This document shows positions 1 through 10,336 of a DNA stretch of 32,000 nt, in pieces. A model generated the notes under the pieces. The model had not been told where the DNA came from, made no database searches, and was given only the letters and a program-made list of their open reading frames with translations. The position numbers were made by a program, and so were the translations under genes. Within the stretch, counting starts at the first letter, position 1; every line of letters begins with the position of its first letter. This DNA is from Alkalilimnicola ehrlichii MLHE-1 (GTDB lineage: Bacteria > Pseudomonadota > Gammaproteobacteria > Nitrococcales > Halorhodospiraceae): positions 1,650,001 through 1,682,000 of the forward strand of contig NC_008340.1 of assembly GCF_000014785.1 (NCBI RefSeq). Direction: 5' to 3'.

Positions 1-1
1 C

Positions 2-664
2 TGGGTCTTTGAGTCCGCCGGACGCCACGGCATCAAGGTGATCGCCATGGAGGTGACCCACGATGGCCACCTGGAGGAGATCCATGACGCCCTGGAGGCG
101 GCCGGCCGACCGACCGGGGTGATGCTCCAGATCGGCACCCGCAATACCCAGAACTTCGAGTTGCTCAAGCACGTGGGCCGGCAGACCGACTTTCCGGTCC
201 TGCTCAAGCGGGGCTTTGGGATCACCCTTGAGGAGTCCTTGAACGCCGCCGAATACCTGGCCAGCGAAGGCAACAGCCGGGTCATCTTCTGCCTGCGCGG
301 CATGAAGACCCATCTCGGCGACCCGCACCGCAACTTCGTTGACTTCACACACATTCCGGTAGTGAAACGCCTGACCCGGATGCCGGTCTGTATCGACCCC
401 TCCCACTCGGTGGGGTCCCGGGCCGCCTCACCCGATGGCATCATGGATATGATGCACGCCACCGCCCAAGGGGTGGTCGCCGGCGCCAACATGATCCTGC
501 TGGACGTGCACCCGGCGCCACAAAAGGCCCTGGTGGACGGGCCCCAGGCCCTGCGGCTCGAGGAACTGCCCTGGTTCCTCGAGGACGTCCGTCTGGCGCG
601 CGAGGCCTACGAACGGCGCCGTGACCTCGCGCAGCGCTTCCTGGCCGAGCAGAATAGGCAGTAA
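2..664 (+). CDS. 3-deoxy-7-phosphoheptulonate (DAHP) synthase, C-terminal part; 5' end lies outside the window
   Basis: Reading frame is open from base 2 (WVFESAGRHGIKVIAMEVTH...). It contains LMLQIGTRNTQNFELLK, PVLLKRG and VCIDPSHSVGSR, motifs typical of the AroF/KDSA-like aldolase family. Confidence 0.85.
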   Translation, partial: WVFESAGRHGIKVIAMEVTHDGHLEEIHDALEAAGRPTGVMLQIGTRNTQNFELLKHVGRQTDFPVLLKRGFGITLEESLNAAEYLASEGNSRVIFCLRGMKTHLGDPHRNFVDFTHIPVVKRLTRMPVCIDPSHSVGSRAASPDGIMDMMHATAQGVVAGANMILLDVHPAPQKALVDGPQALRLEELPWFLEDVRLAREAYERRRDLAQRFLAEQNRQ

Positions 665-838
665 CCGCCGCCGCCGGCCCGGGCCGCCCGGCCAACGAGG
701 GCACAGGCGCTCGGGCGGCTGTGTCATTCCGCCATTTTTCCGGTTAGAATGCCCGACGACTTGAATTCGGCGCCCCTGGCACCCGCTGCCGGGGGCACCC
801 CGACACCGGTTTTGTCAGGCAACGCAGAGAGAGGCTGA

Positions 839-1057
839 ATGGCAAAGGAAGAGTCCATCAAGATGAACGGCACGGTCATCGAGACCCTGCCGAACACCAT
901 GTTCCGCGTTGAGCTGGAGAACGGTCACGTGGTGACCGCCCACATCTCCGGGAAGATGCGCAAGCACTACATCCGCATCCTCACCGGCGACAAGGTGACC
1001 GTGGAGTTGACGCCCTACGACCTGAGCAAGGGCCGCATCACCTACCGCGCCCGTTAA
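839..1057 (+). CDS. infA: Translation initiation factor IF-1
   Basis: 72 aa, [70 protein letters not shown]: canonical IF-1 S1-like fold. Confidence 0.98.
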   Translation: MAKEESIKMNGTVIETLPNTMFRVELENGHVVTAHISGKMRKHYIRILTGDKVTVELTPYDLSKGRITYRAR

Positions 1058-1111
1058 GGCCGGCCCCGTGCCGCGCACGGCCCGCGAACGGTGAAACGGG
1101 CAGGCGCCTGA

Positions 1112-3382
1112 TCAGGCGCCCGCCGCGTCCGCCTCCCGGACGTTGATCTTCAGCTCGCCGTCCTCCACGCTGACCTCAACCTCGCCGCCGTCAGCAAGCT
1201 CCCCGAACAGCAGCTTCTCGGCCAGCGGCTTCTTGACGTGCTGCTGGATGATCCGGGCCATGGGTCGGGCGCCCATGCTGGGATCGTAGCCCTTCTCGCC
1301 CAGCCAGCGCCGCGCCGCACCATCGACCATGAGCGTAACCCGCTTTTCGGCCAACTGCACCGAGAGCTCGCGCACGAACTTGTCGACCACCCGCTGCACG
1401 TTGTCCTCGTCCAGCGGGTTGAACTGGACCACGGCATCCAGCCGATTGCGGAACTCCGGCGTGAACTGGCGCTTGATGGCCTCCAGCCCGTCGCTGCTGT
1501 GGTCCTGCGGCATGAAGCCGATGGAGCGACGGCTCATGTCCTCAGCGCCCGCGTTGGTGGTCATAATCAGAATGACATTGCGGAAGTCCGCCTCGCGACC
1601 GTTGTTGTCGGTGAGGGTACCGTGGTCCATCACCTGTAACAGCAGGTTGAAGACGTCCGGGTGGGCCTTCTCCAGCTCGTCAAGCAGGACCACCGAGTGC
1701 GGGTGCTTGATGACCTCCTCGGTGAGCAGGCCGCCCTGGTCGTAGCCCACGTACCCCGGGGGCGCACCGATGAGCCGCGAGACCGTGTGCCGCTCCATGT
1801 ACTCCGACATATCGAAGCGGATCAGCTTCACGCCCATCAGCTCGGCCAGCCGGCGGGAGACCTCGGTCTTGCCCACACCGGTGGGGCCGGAGAAGAGGAA
1901 GCTGCCCACCGGCTTCTCCGGCTGGCCCAGCCCGGCGCGGGAGAGCTTGATGGTGGAGGCGAGGGTGTCGATGGCCTCGTCCTGGCCGAAAATCAGCCCC
2001 TTGAGGTCCTTTTCGAGATTCTCCAGCACCTGCATGTCGGTGGCCGAGACCCGCTTCGGCGGGATGCGGGCGATCTTGGCCACAATGCCCTCGATGTCCT
2101 GCACCCCCACCGTCTTGCGCCGGCGGGACTTTGGCCGCAGCCGCAGCCGGGCGCCGGCCTCGTCGATCACGTCGATGGCCTTGTCGGGCAGCCGCCGGTC
2201 GTTGATGTAGCGGGCCGACAGCTCCGCGGCGGCGTTCAGCGCCGGCTCGGTGAAGCGCACCCCGTGGTGCGCCTCGAAACGGCTCTTCAGCCCCTTGAGG
2301 ATCTGCACCGTCTCGCTGACGCTGGGTTCACCCACGTCGATCTTCTGGAACCGCCGCGCCAGGGCGCGATCCTTTTCGAAGATGCCGCGGTACTCCTGGT
2401 AGGTGGTGGAACCGATGCACTTCAACTCGCCGCTGGCGAGCATGGGCTTGATGAGGTTGGAGGCATCCATCACCCCGCCCGAGGCCGAGCCGGCCCCGAT
2501 GATGGTGTGAATCTCATCAATGAACAGCACCGCATGCTGGTCGTTGCGCAGTTGTTGCAGCAAGGCCTTGAGCCGCTTCTCGAAATCACCGCGGTATTTG
2601 GTGCCCGCCACCAGCGCGCCCAAGTCCAGCGAATAGATGGTGGCATCGGCGAGGACCTCCGGCACCTGGCTGTCCTCGATCATCTTGGCCAGGCCCTCGG
2701 CGATCGCCGTCTTGCCGACGCCGGCCTCGCCCACGTAGAGCGGATTGTTCTTGCGCCGGCGGCAGAGGACCTGGATGGTCCGCTCGACCTCGTGCTCGCG
2801 GCCGATCAGGGGGTCGATCTGGCCCTTACGCGCCTTGGCGTTGAGGTTGGTGGCGTACTGATCCAGCGGCGAGTTACCCTGAGCCGGCTCCGCCTCCTCC
2901 TCCACGTTGCCGGTTCCGCCGGCGTCCTCGCCCTCCTCCGGGTCGTTGGCGACGCTGGAGGTGCCGTGGGAGAGGTAGTTGACCACGTCGAGACGGGAGA
3001 CGTTCTGCCGATGCAGGAAGTAAACCGCCTGCGACTCCTGCTCACTGAAGATGGCCACCAGGACGTTGGCGCCGGTCACCTCGCGTTTGCCGGAGGATTG
3101 CACGTGCAGGATGGCGCGCTGCAGGACCCGCTGGAAGCCCAGCGTCGGCTGGGTCTCGCGGGTGTCATTGGCGGGCAGCAGCGGCGTGGTCTCGGCCAGG
3201 AAGCCCTCCAGATCGCGGCGAAGCTTGTCCAGCTTGACGCCGCAGCCTTTCAGCACGGCCACGGCTGCCGGATTGTCGGTGAGGGCCAGCAGCAGGTGCT
3301 CCACGGTGAGAAACTCATGCCGTTTCTCCCTGGCATCCTTGAATGCCATGTTCAGCGTGAACTCCAGCTCTTTACTCAGCAT
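1112..3382 (-). CDS. clpA: ATP-dependent Clp protease ATP-binding subunit ClpA
   Basis: 756 aa; N-terminal Clp repeats (MLSKELEFTLNMAFKDAREKRHEFLTVEHLLLAL), two Walker A motifs (GEAGVGKT, GPTGVGKT), located next to clpS. Confidence 0.97.
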   Translation of the reverse strand: MLSKELEFTLNMAFKDAREKRHEFLTVEHLLLALTDNPAAVAVLKGCGVKLDKLRRDLEGFLAETTPLLPANDTRETQPTLGFQRVLQRAILHVQSSGKREVTGANVLVAIFSEQESQAVYFLHRQNVSRLDVVNYLSHGTSSVANDPEEGEDAGGTGNVEEEAEPAQGNSPLDQYATNLNAKARKGQIDPLIGREHEVERTIQVLCRRRKNNPLYVGEAGVGKTAIAEGLAKMIEDSQVPEVLADATIYSLDLGALVAGTKYRGDFEKRLKALLQQLRNDQHAVLFIDEIHTIIGAGSASGGVMDASNLIKPMLASGELKCIGSTTYQEYRGIFEKDRALARRFQKIDVGEPSVSETVQILKGLKSRFEAHHGVRFTEPALNAAAELSARYINDRRLPDKAIDVIDEAGARLRLRPKSRRRKTVGVQDIEGIVAKIARIPPKRVSATDMQVLENLEKDLKGLIFGQDEAIDTLASTIKLSRAGLGQPEKPVGSFLFSGPTGVGKTEVSRRLAELMGVKLIRFDMSEYMERHTVSRLIGAPPGYVGYDQGGLLTEEVIKHPHSVVLLDELEKAHPDVFNLLLQVMDHGTLTDNNGREADFRNVILIMTTNAGAEDMSRRSIGFMPQDHSSDGLEAIKRQFTPEFRNRLDAVVQFNPLDEDNVQRVVDKFVRELSVQLAEKRVTLMVDGAARRWLGEKGYDPSMGARPMARIIQQHVKKPLAEKLLFGELADGGEVEVSVEDGELKINVREADAAGA

Positions 3383-3532
3383 GCCCTGGTCCTCAGTGAT
3401 CTGACGCCCCGGTTACGTCTGATGAATCAGACCGGGTGGGGGCGGGTCGGGTTCCCGACTGGGCGGCCCCCTTTCGCTCTATAGTAGCGTAACTGGGTAC
3501 GACGGGTGGCGCTTTCAAGGCACCGCCGCCGC

Positions 3533-3853
3533 TCAGGCCTCCTTCAGGGTACACATCAGCGGGTGCTCGTGCTGGCGGGACCAGTCGTTGACCTGGTTTA
3601 CCTTGGTTTCCGCCACGTCACGACTGAAGACCCCGCAGACGCCCTCTCCCCGGGTGTGGACATGCAGCATCACCTGGGTGGCCCGGGCGCGGTCCATGTG
3701 AAAGAACTTCTGCAGGACCTCCACCACAAAATCCATCGGGGTGTAGTCGTCGTTCAGGATGATGACCTTGAACAGGGGCGGCCGCTTGACCTGGGGCGGC
3801 GCCTCCTCCACCTGTGGGCCATGCTCCTGCCAGTCTCCTGCCTTGTCCGTCAT
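3533..3853 (-). CDS. clpS: ATP-dependent Clp protease adaptor ClpS
   Basis: [58 protein letters not shown] motif; upstream of clpA on the same strand. Confidence 0.96.
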   Translation of the reverse strand: MTDKAGDWQEHGPQVEEAPPQVKRPPLFKVIILNDDYTPMDFVVEVLQKFFHMDRARATQVMLHVHTRGEGVCGVFSRDVAETKVNQVNDWSRQHEHPLMCTLKEA

Positions 3854-4093
3854 GGTTGATGATGTCCTGCTCGCTTGCGGTCAACGAAGGGTTTCCCCCT
3901 ATTTTAGGCCGAAGGTGGGGCCCGGCCAATGGTGAAAAAGGGCCTGGGCCACCATGAAGCGGCCCGGCCCCCTTACTGGAACCCATTGAAACCTCGTTAA
4001 AATCTCAGAACTGCTCCGCTTCGGTGGAACCGGTCAATGCCGTGACCGAGGATGCAAATATAAGTGGGGCATTGCAGCAATTGACAATCAATA

Positions 4094-5161
4094 ATGGTCG
4101 ATAAGACCATTGGCCTTATCAATACTGGCCGAGAGGGACCGGAAACAATCGTGGCGGGCAGTGGCAGGCTCTACTATAAACACAACCGACTCAAGCAGTT
4201 GCGGGCGTTTTGTCATGCCGCCCAGGAGGGCAGCATCTCCCGGGCGGCGCAGCGACTGGAGTTGAGCCAACCCTCGGTGTCGCTCCAGATCCAGGCCCTG
4301 GAGCGGGAACTGGGCATCGCGCTGTTCGAGCGCCGGGGCCCGCGCATCCGGCTGACCCCGGATGGCGAGACCCTGTACGAACTGGCCCAGCCTTTGGTGG
4401 AGGGCGTGGACGCCTTGCCCGAGCGGTTCGCCGCCCGCCACCAGCGGCTGCAGACGGGACGGCTGGACATCGCCGCCGGCGAGTCAACCACGCTCTACAT
4501 CCTGCCCGATCTGCTCAAACAGTTCATGGCCCGCTACCCCGGGGTCCATGTCAAGCTGCACAACCTGATCGGTCGCGACATGATCTCCGCCCTGCAGCAC
4601 GACGAGGTGGACCTGGCCGTGGGCTCCACCCTGGATCTGCCCGAGGACCTGAGCTACCGCGCCATCTATACGTATGACCTGCGCCTGATCCTCCCGCTGG
4701 GGCACCCGCTGGCGGAGAAATCCGAGCTCACCCTGGCCGATCTCGCCTCCGGCGAACTGATCCTGCCTCCCCGCCACCTGACCACCTGGCGGCTGGTGAA
4801 CCTGGTCTTCCAACAGCACAACATTCCCTACCGGGTGCGCCTGGAGGTGGGTGGCTGGGAGATCATCAAGCGCTACGTGGAGTTGGGGTTTGGCATCGGC
4901 ATTGCCAGCAGTATCTGTCTCAGTGGCTCGGAACGCCTGCACGTCAGGTCCCTGCCCGAGGTCTTCCCGCAGCGCACCTACGGGGTCATGCTGCGCAGGG
5001 GCCGCTATCTTTCGCCCCAGGCCAAGCGTTTCCTGGAGGTGATGGCGCCGGATATCTTCTCCGGCGAGGCGGACCTGGACGGCGAACGCCGCAAGGATGT
5101 CGCCAGCGAATCGGTCTTCATCCCCCGGGCCAGCGAGCATGCCCCGGACAAGGAGCGCTGA
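4094..5161 (+). CDS. LysR-family transcriptional regulator; true start may be downstream (e.g. GTG at 4151)
   Basis: N-terminal wHTH (LKQLRAFCHAAQEGSISRAAQRLELSQPSVSLQIQALERELGIALFERRGPRIRLTPDG) followed by a substrate-binding domain. Confidence 0.9.
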   Translation: MVDKTIGLINTGREGPETIVAGSGRLYYKHNRLKQLRAFCHAAQEGSISRAAQRLELSQPSVSLQIQALERELGIALFERRGPRIRLTPDGETLYELAQPLVEGVDALPERFAARHQRLQTGRLDIAAGESTTLYILPDLLKQFMARYPGVHVKLHNLIGRDMISALQHDEVDLAVGSTLDLPEDLSYRAIYTYDLRLILPLGHPLAEKSELTLADLASGELILPPRHLTTWRLVNLVFQQHNIPYRVRLEVGGWEIIKRYVELGFGIGIASSICLSGSERLHVRSLPEVFPQRTYGVMLRRGRYLSPQAKRFLEVMAPDIFSGEADLDGERRKDVASESVFIPRASEHAPDKER

Positions 5162-5631
5162 TGGTCTGGAAACCCCATGTCACGGTGGCGGCCGTGGTCG
5201 AGTGGGAGGGCCGCTTTCTGATGGTCGAGGAGCGGCCCGAGGGGGACGCCGTGGTCTACAACCAGCCCGCCGGCCATCTGGACCCCGGCGAGAGCCTGAC
5301 CCACGCGGTCATCCGCGAGACCCGGGAGGAGACTGCCTGGGGCTTTCAGCCGGAAGCGCTGGTGGGGGTCTACCTCTGGCAACCGGACCCGGCGGACACC
5401 GAGCGCAGCTTTCTGCGCATCGCCTTCACCGGGTCGCTGACCGAGCACGACCCAAATCAGGCGCTGGATCAAGAGATTATACGCACTTGCTGGAAGCGTC
5501 CTGAAGAGCTGGAGGCCCACGCGGTGGGGCTGCGCAGCCCGCTGGTCATGCGCTGCATCCGCGATTACCAGGCCGGCCATCGCTACCCGCTGGCGCTATT
5601 GGGGCATCTGCTCCCGCCCGGCTGCCCATGA
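5161..5631 (+). CDS. nudJ: NUDIX hydrolase, NudJ-like phosphatase
   Basis: NUDIX box GHLDPGESLTHAVIRETREETAW; MVWKPHVTVAAVVEWEGRFLMVEE start; directly upstream of mnmA, which is the usual gammaproteobacterial context. Confidence 0.85.
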   Translation: MVWKPHVTVAAVVEWEGRFLMVEERPEGDAVVYNQPAGHLDPGESLTHAVIRETREETAWGFQPEALVGVYLWQPDPADTERSFLRIAFTGSLTEHDPNQALDQEIIRTCWKRPEELEAHAVGLRSPLVMRCIRDYQAGHRYPLALLGHLLPPGCP

Positions 5632-5666
5632 TAAACTACCGGGTTTTGGGCATCCTCGGTTGACCT

Positions 5667-6767
5667 ATGGGCAAAACGGACAAGGTCGTGGTGGGCCTCT
5701 CCGGCGGGGTGGATTCCGCCGTGGCGGCGATGCGCCTGCTCGAGGCAGGGCATCACGTCGAGGGCTTGTTCATGAAGAACTGGGAGGATGACGACACCCT
5801 CACCCACTGCGCCGCCGAAGAGGACCTGGCCGAAGCCCAGGCCGTGGCCGATCACCTGGGTATCCGCCTGCACCGGGCCAACTTCGCCGCCCGCTACCGG
5901 GAGCAGGTCTTCGAGGTGTGCCTGCGCGAGTACCGGGCCGGGCGCACGCCCAATCCCGACATCCTCTGCAACCAGCGGATCAAGTTCCGCGCCTTCCTGG
6001 ACCACGCCCTGAGCCTGGGGGCATCGAAGGTGGCTACCGGCCACTATGCCGGGGTTGGCGAGCAGGGGGGGCGATTCACCCTGCTCCGGGGCGAGGATCC
6101 GCACAAGGACCAGAGCTACTTTCTCTACACCCTGGGCCAGGCGCAGCTCCGCCACAGCCTGTTCCCGCTCAGTGAGCTGCCCAAGCCCGAGGTGCGCCGG
6201 CAGGCCGCTGCAGCGGGGCTGCCCAACCACGCCCGCCGGGACAGCACCGGCATCTGCTTTATCGGCGAGCGCGACTTTCGCGCGTTTCTGAGCCGCTACA
6301 TTCAGCGCAGCCCGGGGCCCATGGAGACCCCCGAGGGGCAGGTGGTGGGTGAGCATCAGGGGTTGGCCTTTTACACCCTCGGCCAACGCCGCGGTCTGGG
6401 CCTGGGCGGCCTGCCCGATCACGACGAAGGGGCCTGGTACGTCGCCGACAAAGACATGGCGCGCAACGCCTTGATCGTCGTGCAGGGCCACGCCCACCCG
6501 CGCCTGCTGTCCACCGCGCTGGTGGCGGATGAGCTCTCCTGGGTGGCGGGTGCTCCCCCCACCCTGCCCCTGCGCTGCACGGTCAAGTCACGCTATCGTC
6601 AACAGGATCAGCCCTGCGCCCTCGAGGCAGGCCCGTCGCCAACCAGCGTGGTGGTCCGCTTCGATACCCCGCAGCGGGCCGTCACCCCGGGCCAGTCGGT
6701 GGTCTTCTACCAAGGCCGGGTCTGCCTGGGCGGCGGCATCATCCAGACCCGAACCCCTGTGGAATAA
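5667..6767 (+). CDS. mnmA: tRNA-specific 2-thiouridylase MnmA
   Basis: PP-loop [42 protein letters not shown], catalytic-type CIGERDF segment. Confidence 0.97.
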   Translation: MGKTDKVVVGLSGGVDSAVAAMRLLEAGHHVEGLFMKNWEDDDTLTHCAAEEDLAEAQAVADHLGIRLHRANFAARYREQVFEVCLREYRAGRTPNPDILCNQRIKFRAFLDHALSLGASKVATGHYAGVGEQGGRFTLLRGEDPHKDQSYFLYTLGQAQLRHSLFPLSELPKPEVRRQAAAAGLPNHARRDSTGICFIGERDFRAFLSRYIQRSPGPMETPEGQVVGEHQGLAFYTLGQRRGLGLGGLPDHDEGAWYVADKDMARNALIVVQGHAHPRLLSTALVADELSWVAGAPPTLPLRCTVKSRYRQQDQPCALEAGPSPTSVVVRFDTPQRAVTPGQSVVFYQGRVCLGGGIIQTRTPVE

Positions 6768-6781
6768 GGACCTCATCACCC

Positions 6782-7399
6782 ATGCGAGACCGTTTCGAGG
6801 AACAGGCGCTGGCGCTGGGGGCCGCGATGCAGGCCCTGGGTCTGGTGCGCGAACTCGCCACCGCCGGGCGCCTGGACGACGCCCAGGCCGAGCCGCTGAT
6901 GAGCAGCTTGGTCAAGCCCTACGAGGGCGACCTGGATCGGCTCTATGGCGGCCCCACTGCCCTGGCGCCCGGCCTGCGCCGGCTGGTCACCCAACTGACC
7001 AATCCGCAGAGTATGGAGTCCACCCGCTATCTGGCCGGTGTCATGCACCTGGAGAAAAAGCTCTCCAAGAACCGGGCCATGCTGGGGCAACTGGGCGAGG
7101 GCCTGGAGGCGGCACGCCGGCAGGCCGATTATTTCCATCCCCTGCATGAGAACGTCCTGCGCAACCTGGGCGCGCTCTATGGCGAGACCATCAGCCAGTT
7201 GGGGCCGCGCATCATGGTGCGCGGTGATCCCGGCCATCTCCAGGACGAGCGCATCGCCGCCGGCATCCGCACCATGCTGCTGGCCGCCATTCGCGCCGCC
7301 AGCCTCTGGCGGGAGTGTGGCGGCGGCAAACTGACCCTCATCCTGCGCCGCCAGCGGCTGGTACAGGCGGCCCATGCCCTTCTGGAACGCGTGGACTGA
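6782..7399 (+). CDS. hflD: High-frequency lysogenization protein HflD homolog
   Basis: 205-aa HflD-type protein (PQSMESTRYLAGVMHLEKKLSKNRAML...IMVRGDPGHLQ), directly downstream of mnmA. Confidence 0.9.
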   Translation: MRDRFEEQALALGAAMQALGLVRELATAGRLDDAQAEPLMSSLVKPYEGDLDRLYGGPTALAPGLRRLVTQLTNPQSMESTRYLAGVMHLEKKLSKNRAMLGQLGEGLEAARRQADYFHPLHENVLRNLGALYGETISQLGPRIMVRGDPGHLQDERIAAGIRTMLLAAIRAASLWRECGGGKLTLILRRQRLVQAAHALLERVD

Positions 7400-7430
7400 G
7401 CCGCGCCCGCGGTGAGGCGACAGCCGCCGT

Positions 7431-7470
7431 AAAAAACCCCCGATGGCCAGCCAGCCACCGGGGGTTTTTT
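7431..7470. terminator. Bidirectional intrinsic terminator between convergent hflD and acnB
   Basis: AAAAAACCCCCGATGG-ccagccag-CCACCGGGGGTTTTTT: GC stem with A-tract and T-tract on opposite sides. Confidence 0.9.
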
Positions 7471-7517
7471 CGGGCCCACCCCGGGGGTGGGCCGTCACTA
7501 CTCACCGCGCGCCCCTA

Positions 7518-10097
7518 TCAGGCGGCGGAGAGCCGCTCCGCGGCCTTGGCGGCGGCGGCACGGTACTCCTCGATGCGATCAAAGTTCATGTACCGATAGA
7601 TCTCACCGGCCATGGTGTTCAACTCACCGGCGTAATCCAGGTACTCCTCCGGGGTCGGCAGCTTGCCCTTGATGGCGGCCACCGCTGCCAGTTCCGCCGA
7701 CGCCAGGAAGACGTTCGCCCCGTCACCCAGACGGTTGGGGAAGTTCCGGGTGGAGGTGGAGACCACCGTGCTGTTGGGTGCCACCCGGGCCTGGTTCCCC
7801 ATGCACAGCGAGCACCCCGGCATCTCGGTGCGGGCGCCAGCCTTGCCGTAGATGCTGTAGTAGCCCTCCTCGGTAAGCTGCGCCTGGTCCATGCGGGTGG
7901 GCGGCGACAGCCACAGGCGAGTGGGCAGGCTGCCCTGGTACTTCTCCAGCAGCTTGCCGGCGGCCCGGAAGTGACCGATGTTGGTCATGCAGGAGCCGAT
8001 GAAGACCTCGTCGATGTCCTGGCCGGCCACGTCGGAGAGCAGGCGGGCATCGTCGGGGTCGTTCGGGGCGCAGAGGATGGGCTCCTTGATCTGATCCAGG
8101 TCGATCTCGATCACGTGGGCATACTCCGCATCCTTGTCGGCCCGCATGAGGCTCGGGTTCTCCAGCCAGTCCTCCATCGCCCGGGCGCGACGCTCCAGGG
8201 TGCGCGGATCGCCGTAGCCGTTCTCGATCATCCAGCGCAGCATGGTGATGTTGGAGCGCAGGTACTCGGCCACCGAGTCCTCGGACAGGGTGATGGTGCA
8301 GCCGGCGGCGGAGCGCTCGGCGGAGGCGTCGGAGAGCTCGAAGGCCTGCTCCACGGTCAGGTCCTCCAGGCCCTCGATCTCGAGGATGCGGCCGGAAAAG
8401 CAGTTCTTCTTGCCCTTCTTCTCCACGGTGAGCAGCCCGTCCTGGATGGCCTGGTACGGAATGGCGTGCACCAGATCGCGCAGGGTGACGCCGGGCTGGC
8501 GGGTGCCTTTGAAGCGCACCAGCACCGACTCGGGCATGTCCAGGGGCATCACGCCGGTGGCGGCGGCAAAGGCCACCAGACCGGAGCCGGCCGGGAAGGA
8601 GATGCCCATGGGGAAGCGGGTGTGGCTGTCGCCACCGGTGCCCACGGTGTCGGGCAGCAGCATGCGGTTCAGCCAGGAGTGGATGATGCCGTCACCGGGG
8701 CGCAGGGAGACGCCGCCACGGGTCATGATGAAGTCCGGCAGGGTGTGGTGGGTGTTCACGTCCACCGGCTTCGGGTAGGCGGCGGTGTGACAGAAGGACT
8801 GCATCACCAGGTCGGCCTGGAAGCCCAGGCAGGCCAGGTCCTTCAGCTCGTCCCGGGTCATCGGGCCGGTGGTGTCCTGGGAGCCCACGGTGGTCATCCT
8901 GGGCTCGCAGTAGGTGCCGGGGCGCACGCCCTCGACGCCGCAAGCCTTGCCCACCATCTTCTGCGCCAGGGTGAAGCCCTTGCCGGAGTCGGCCGGGGCC
9001 TGCGGGCGGCGGAAAATGTCGGAGGCGGCCAGGCCCAGGCTCTCGCGGGCCTTGTCGGTGAGCCCACGACCCACGATCAGCGGGATGCGGCCACCGGCGC
9101 GCACCTCGTCCAGCAGCACCGGGGAGCGCAGCTCGAAGGTAGTCAGCACCTCGTCGGTGCCGTGCCTGCAGACCTTGCCCTCGTAGGGATAGATGTCGAT
9201 GACATCGCCTGTCTCGAAGGCATCCACGTCCATCTCGATGGGCAGAGCGCCGGAGTCTTCCATGGTGTTGAAGAAGATGGGCGCGATCTTACCGCCGATG
9301 CAAACGCCGCCGGCGCGCTTGTTGGGGACGTAGGGAATGTCGTCGCCGATGTACCAGAGCACGGAGTTGGTGGCGGACTTGCGCGAGGAGCCGGTACCCA
9401 CCACGTCACCCACCAAGGCGACCGGGTGGCCCTTCTCTTTCAGCTCGTTGATCTGCTCCTCGGCGTTGGTAACGCCCTCCCGGGGCATCTTGTACATGGC
9501 CTTGGCGTGCAGGGGGATGTCCGGGCGGCTCCAGGCGTCGGGGGCCGGGGAGAGATCGTCGGTGTTGGTCTCGCCGGGTACCTTGTAGACGGTGACGGTC
9601 AACTTCTCCGGCACTTCCGGCTTGGCCAGGAACCACTCGGCATCGGCCCAGCTCTGCACCACGGCCTTGGCGTGTTCGTTGCCGGCCTTGGCCTTCTCCT
9701 CCACGTCGTGGAAGGCGTCGAACATCAGCAGGGTGTGCTTCAGCTGCTCGGCGGCGACCGGGGCCAGCTCGGCGTCGTCCAGCAGCTCCACCAGGGTGGC
9801 GATGTTGTAACCGCCCTGCATGGTGCCCAACAGCTCCACCGCGCGCTTGCGGTCGATCAGCGGGCACTCGGTCTCGCCCTTTGCCACGTCGGACAGGAAC
9901 GCGGCCTTGACGTAGGCGGCCTCGTCCACGCCGGGGGGGACACGGTAGGTGATGAGATCGAGCAGGGTCTGCTCCTCGCCGGCCGGCGGGTTTTTCAGCA
10001 GCTCGACCAGTTGCGCGGTCATCTCCGCATCCAGGGGCTTGGGCGGCACGCCCTCGGCGGCCCGCTCCTCTACATGCTTACGGTAGGCTTCAAGCAC
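7518..10097 (-). CDS. acnB: Bifunctional aconitate hydratase 2 / 2-methylisocitrate dehydratase
   Basis: [37 protein letters not shown]..., [30 protein letters not shown]. The ORF-track start at 10349 is over-extended; a GTG at 10097 (GTGCTTGAAGCCTACCG) gives about 859 aa, the expected AcnB size. Confidence 0.96.
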   Translation of the reverse strand: MLEAYRKHVEERAAEGVPPKPLDAEMTAQLVELLKNPPAGEEQTLLDLITYRVPPGVDEAAYVKAAFLSDVAKGETECPLIDRKRAVELLGTMQGGYNIATLVELLDDAELAPVAAEQLKHTLLMFDAFHDVEEKAKAGNEHAKAVVQSWADAEWFLAKPEVPEKLTVTVYKVPGETNTDDLSPAPDAWSRPDIPLHAKAMYKMPREGVTNAEEQINELKEKGHPVALVGDVVGTGSSRKSATNSVLWYIGDDIPYVPNKRAGGVCIGGKIAPIFFNTMEDSGALPIEMDVDAFETGDVIDIYPYEGKVCRHGTDEVLTTFELRSPVLLDEVRAGGRIPLIVGRGLTDKARESLGLAASDIFRRPQAPADSGKGFTLAQKMVGKACGVEGVRPGTYCEPRMTTVGSQDTTGPMTRDELKDLACLGFQADLVMQSFCHTAAYPKPVDVNTHHTLPDFIMTRGGVSLRPGDGIIHSWLNRMLLPDTVGTGGDSHTRFPMGISFPAGSGLVAFAAATGVMPLDMPESVLVRFKGTRQPGVTLRDLVHAIPYQAIQDGLLTVEKKGKKNCFSGRILEIEGLEDLTVEQAFELSDASAERSAAGCTITLSEDSVAEYLRSNITMLRWMIENGYGDPRTLERRARAMEDWLENPSLMRADKDAEYAHVIEIDLDQIKEPILCAPNDPDDARLLSDVAGQDIDEVFIGSCMTNIGHFRAAGKLLEKYQGSLPTRLWLSPPTRMDQAQLTEEGYYSIYGKAGARTEMPGCSLCMGNQARVAPNSTVVSTSTRNFPNRLGDGANVFLASAELAAVAAIKGKLPTPEEYLDYAGELNTMAGEIYRYMNFDRIEEYRAAAAKAAERLSAA

Positions 10098-10191
10098 TAG
10101 GTTCACCCTCGCTGTTGATGTTCCGCCGGGCCGCCGGGCGACGACCCTCACGGGAACTTGTCGGGTTGTTTCATCTTTTTGAGGCGGCGCT

Positions 10192-10220
10192 ATTCTAGGG
10201 TAAGGAAGGGAAAAAGTTAA
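10192..10220 (-). promoter_or_regulatory. Candidate sigma70-like promoter for acnB
   Basis: Minus strand TTAACT (10220-10215), 17 bp spacer, TAGAAT (10197-10192), about 95 bp upstream of the acnB start. Confidence 0.4.
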
Positions 10221-10336
10221 GCGGGCTGCATGGGGCAAAAGCCCCATGGCGGCCGGATTGACTGAAAAAACAAGGCACTCATGCCATACTCCTCTGGTCA
10301 GACATGACCATCCCAAAAAGAAGGCAGGGAGGTACG

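Noticed and set aside
1661-3484. 607-aa + strand ORF opposite clpA
   Set aside because: Composition artefact antisense to clpA.
7443-10100. 885-aa + strand ORF, the longest single-strand competitor to acnB
   Set aside because: Entirely antisense to unambiguous acnB, Gly/His/Val/Gln-rich with no recognisable motifs; a shadow ORF of a GC-rich genome.
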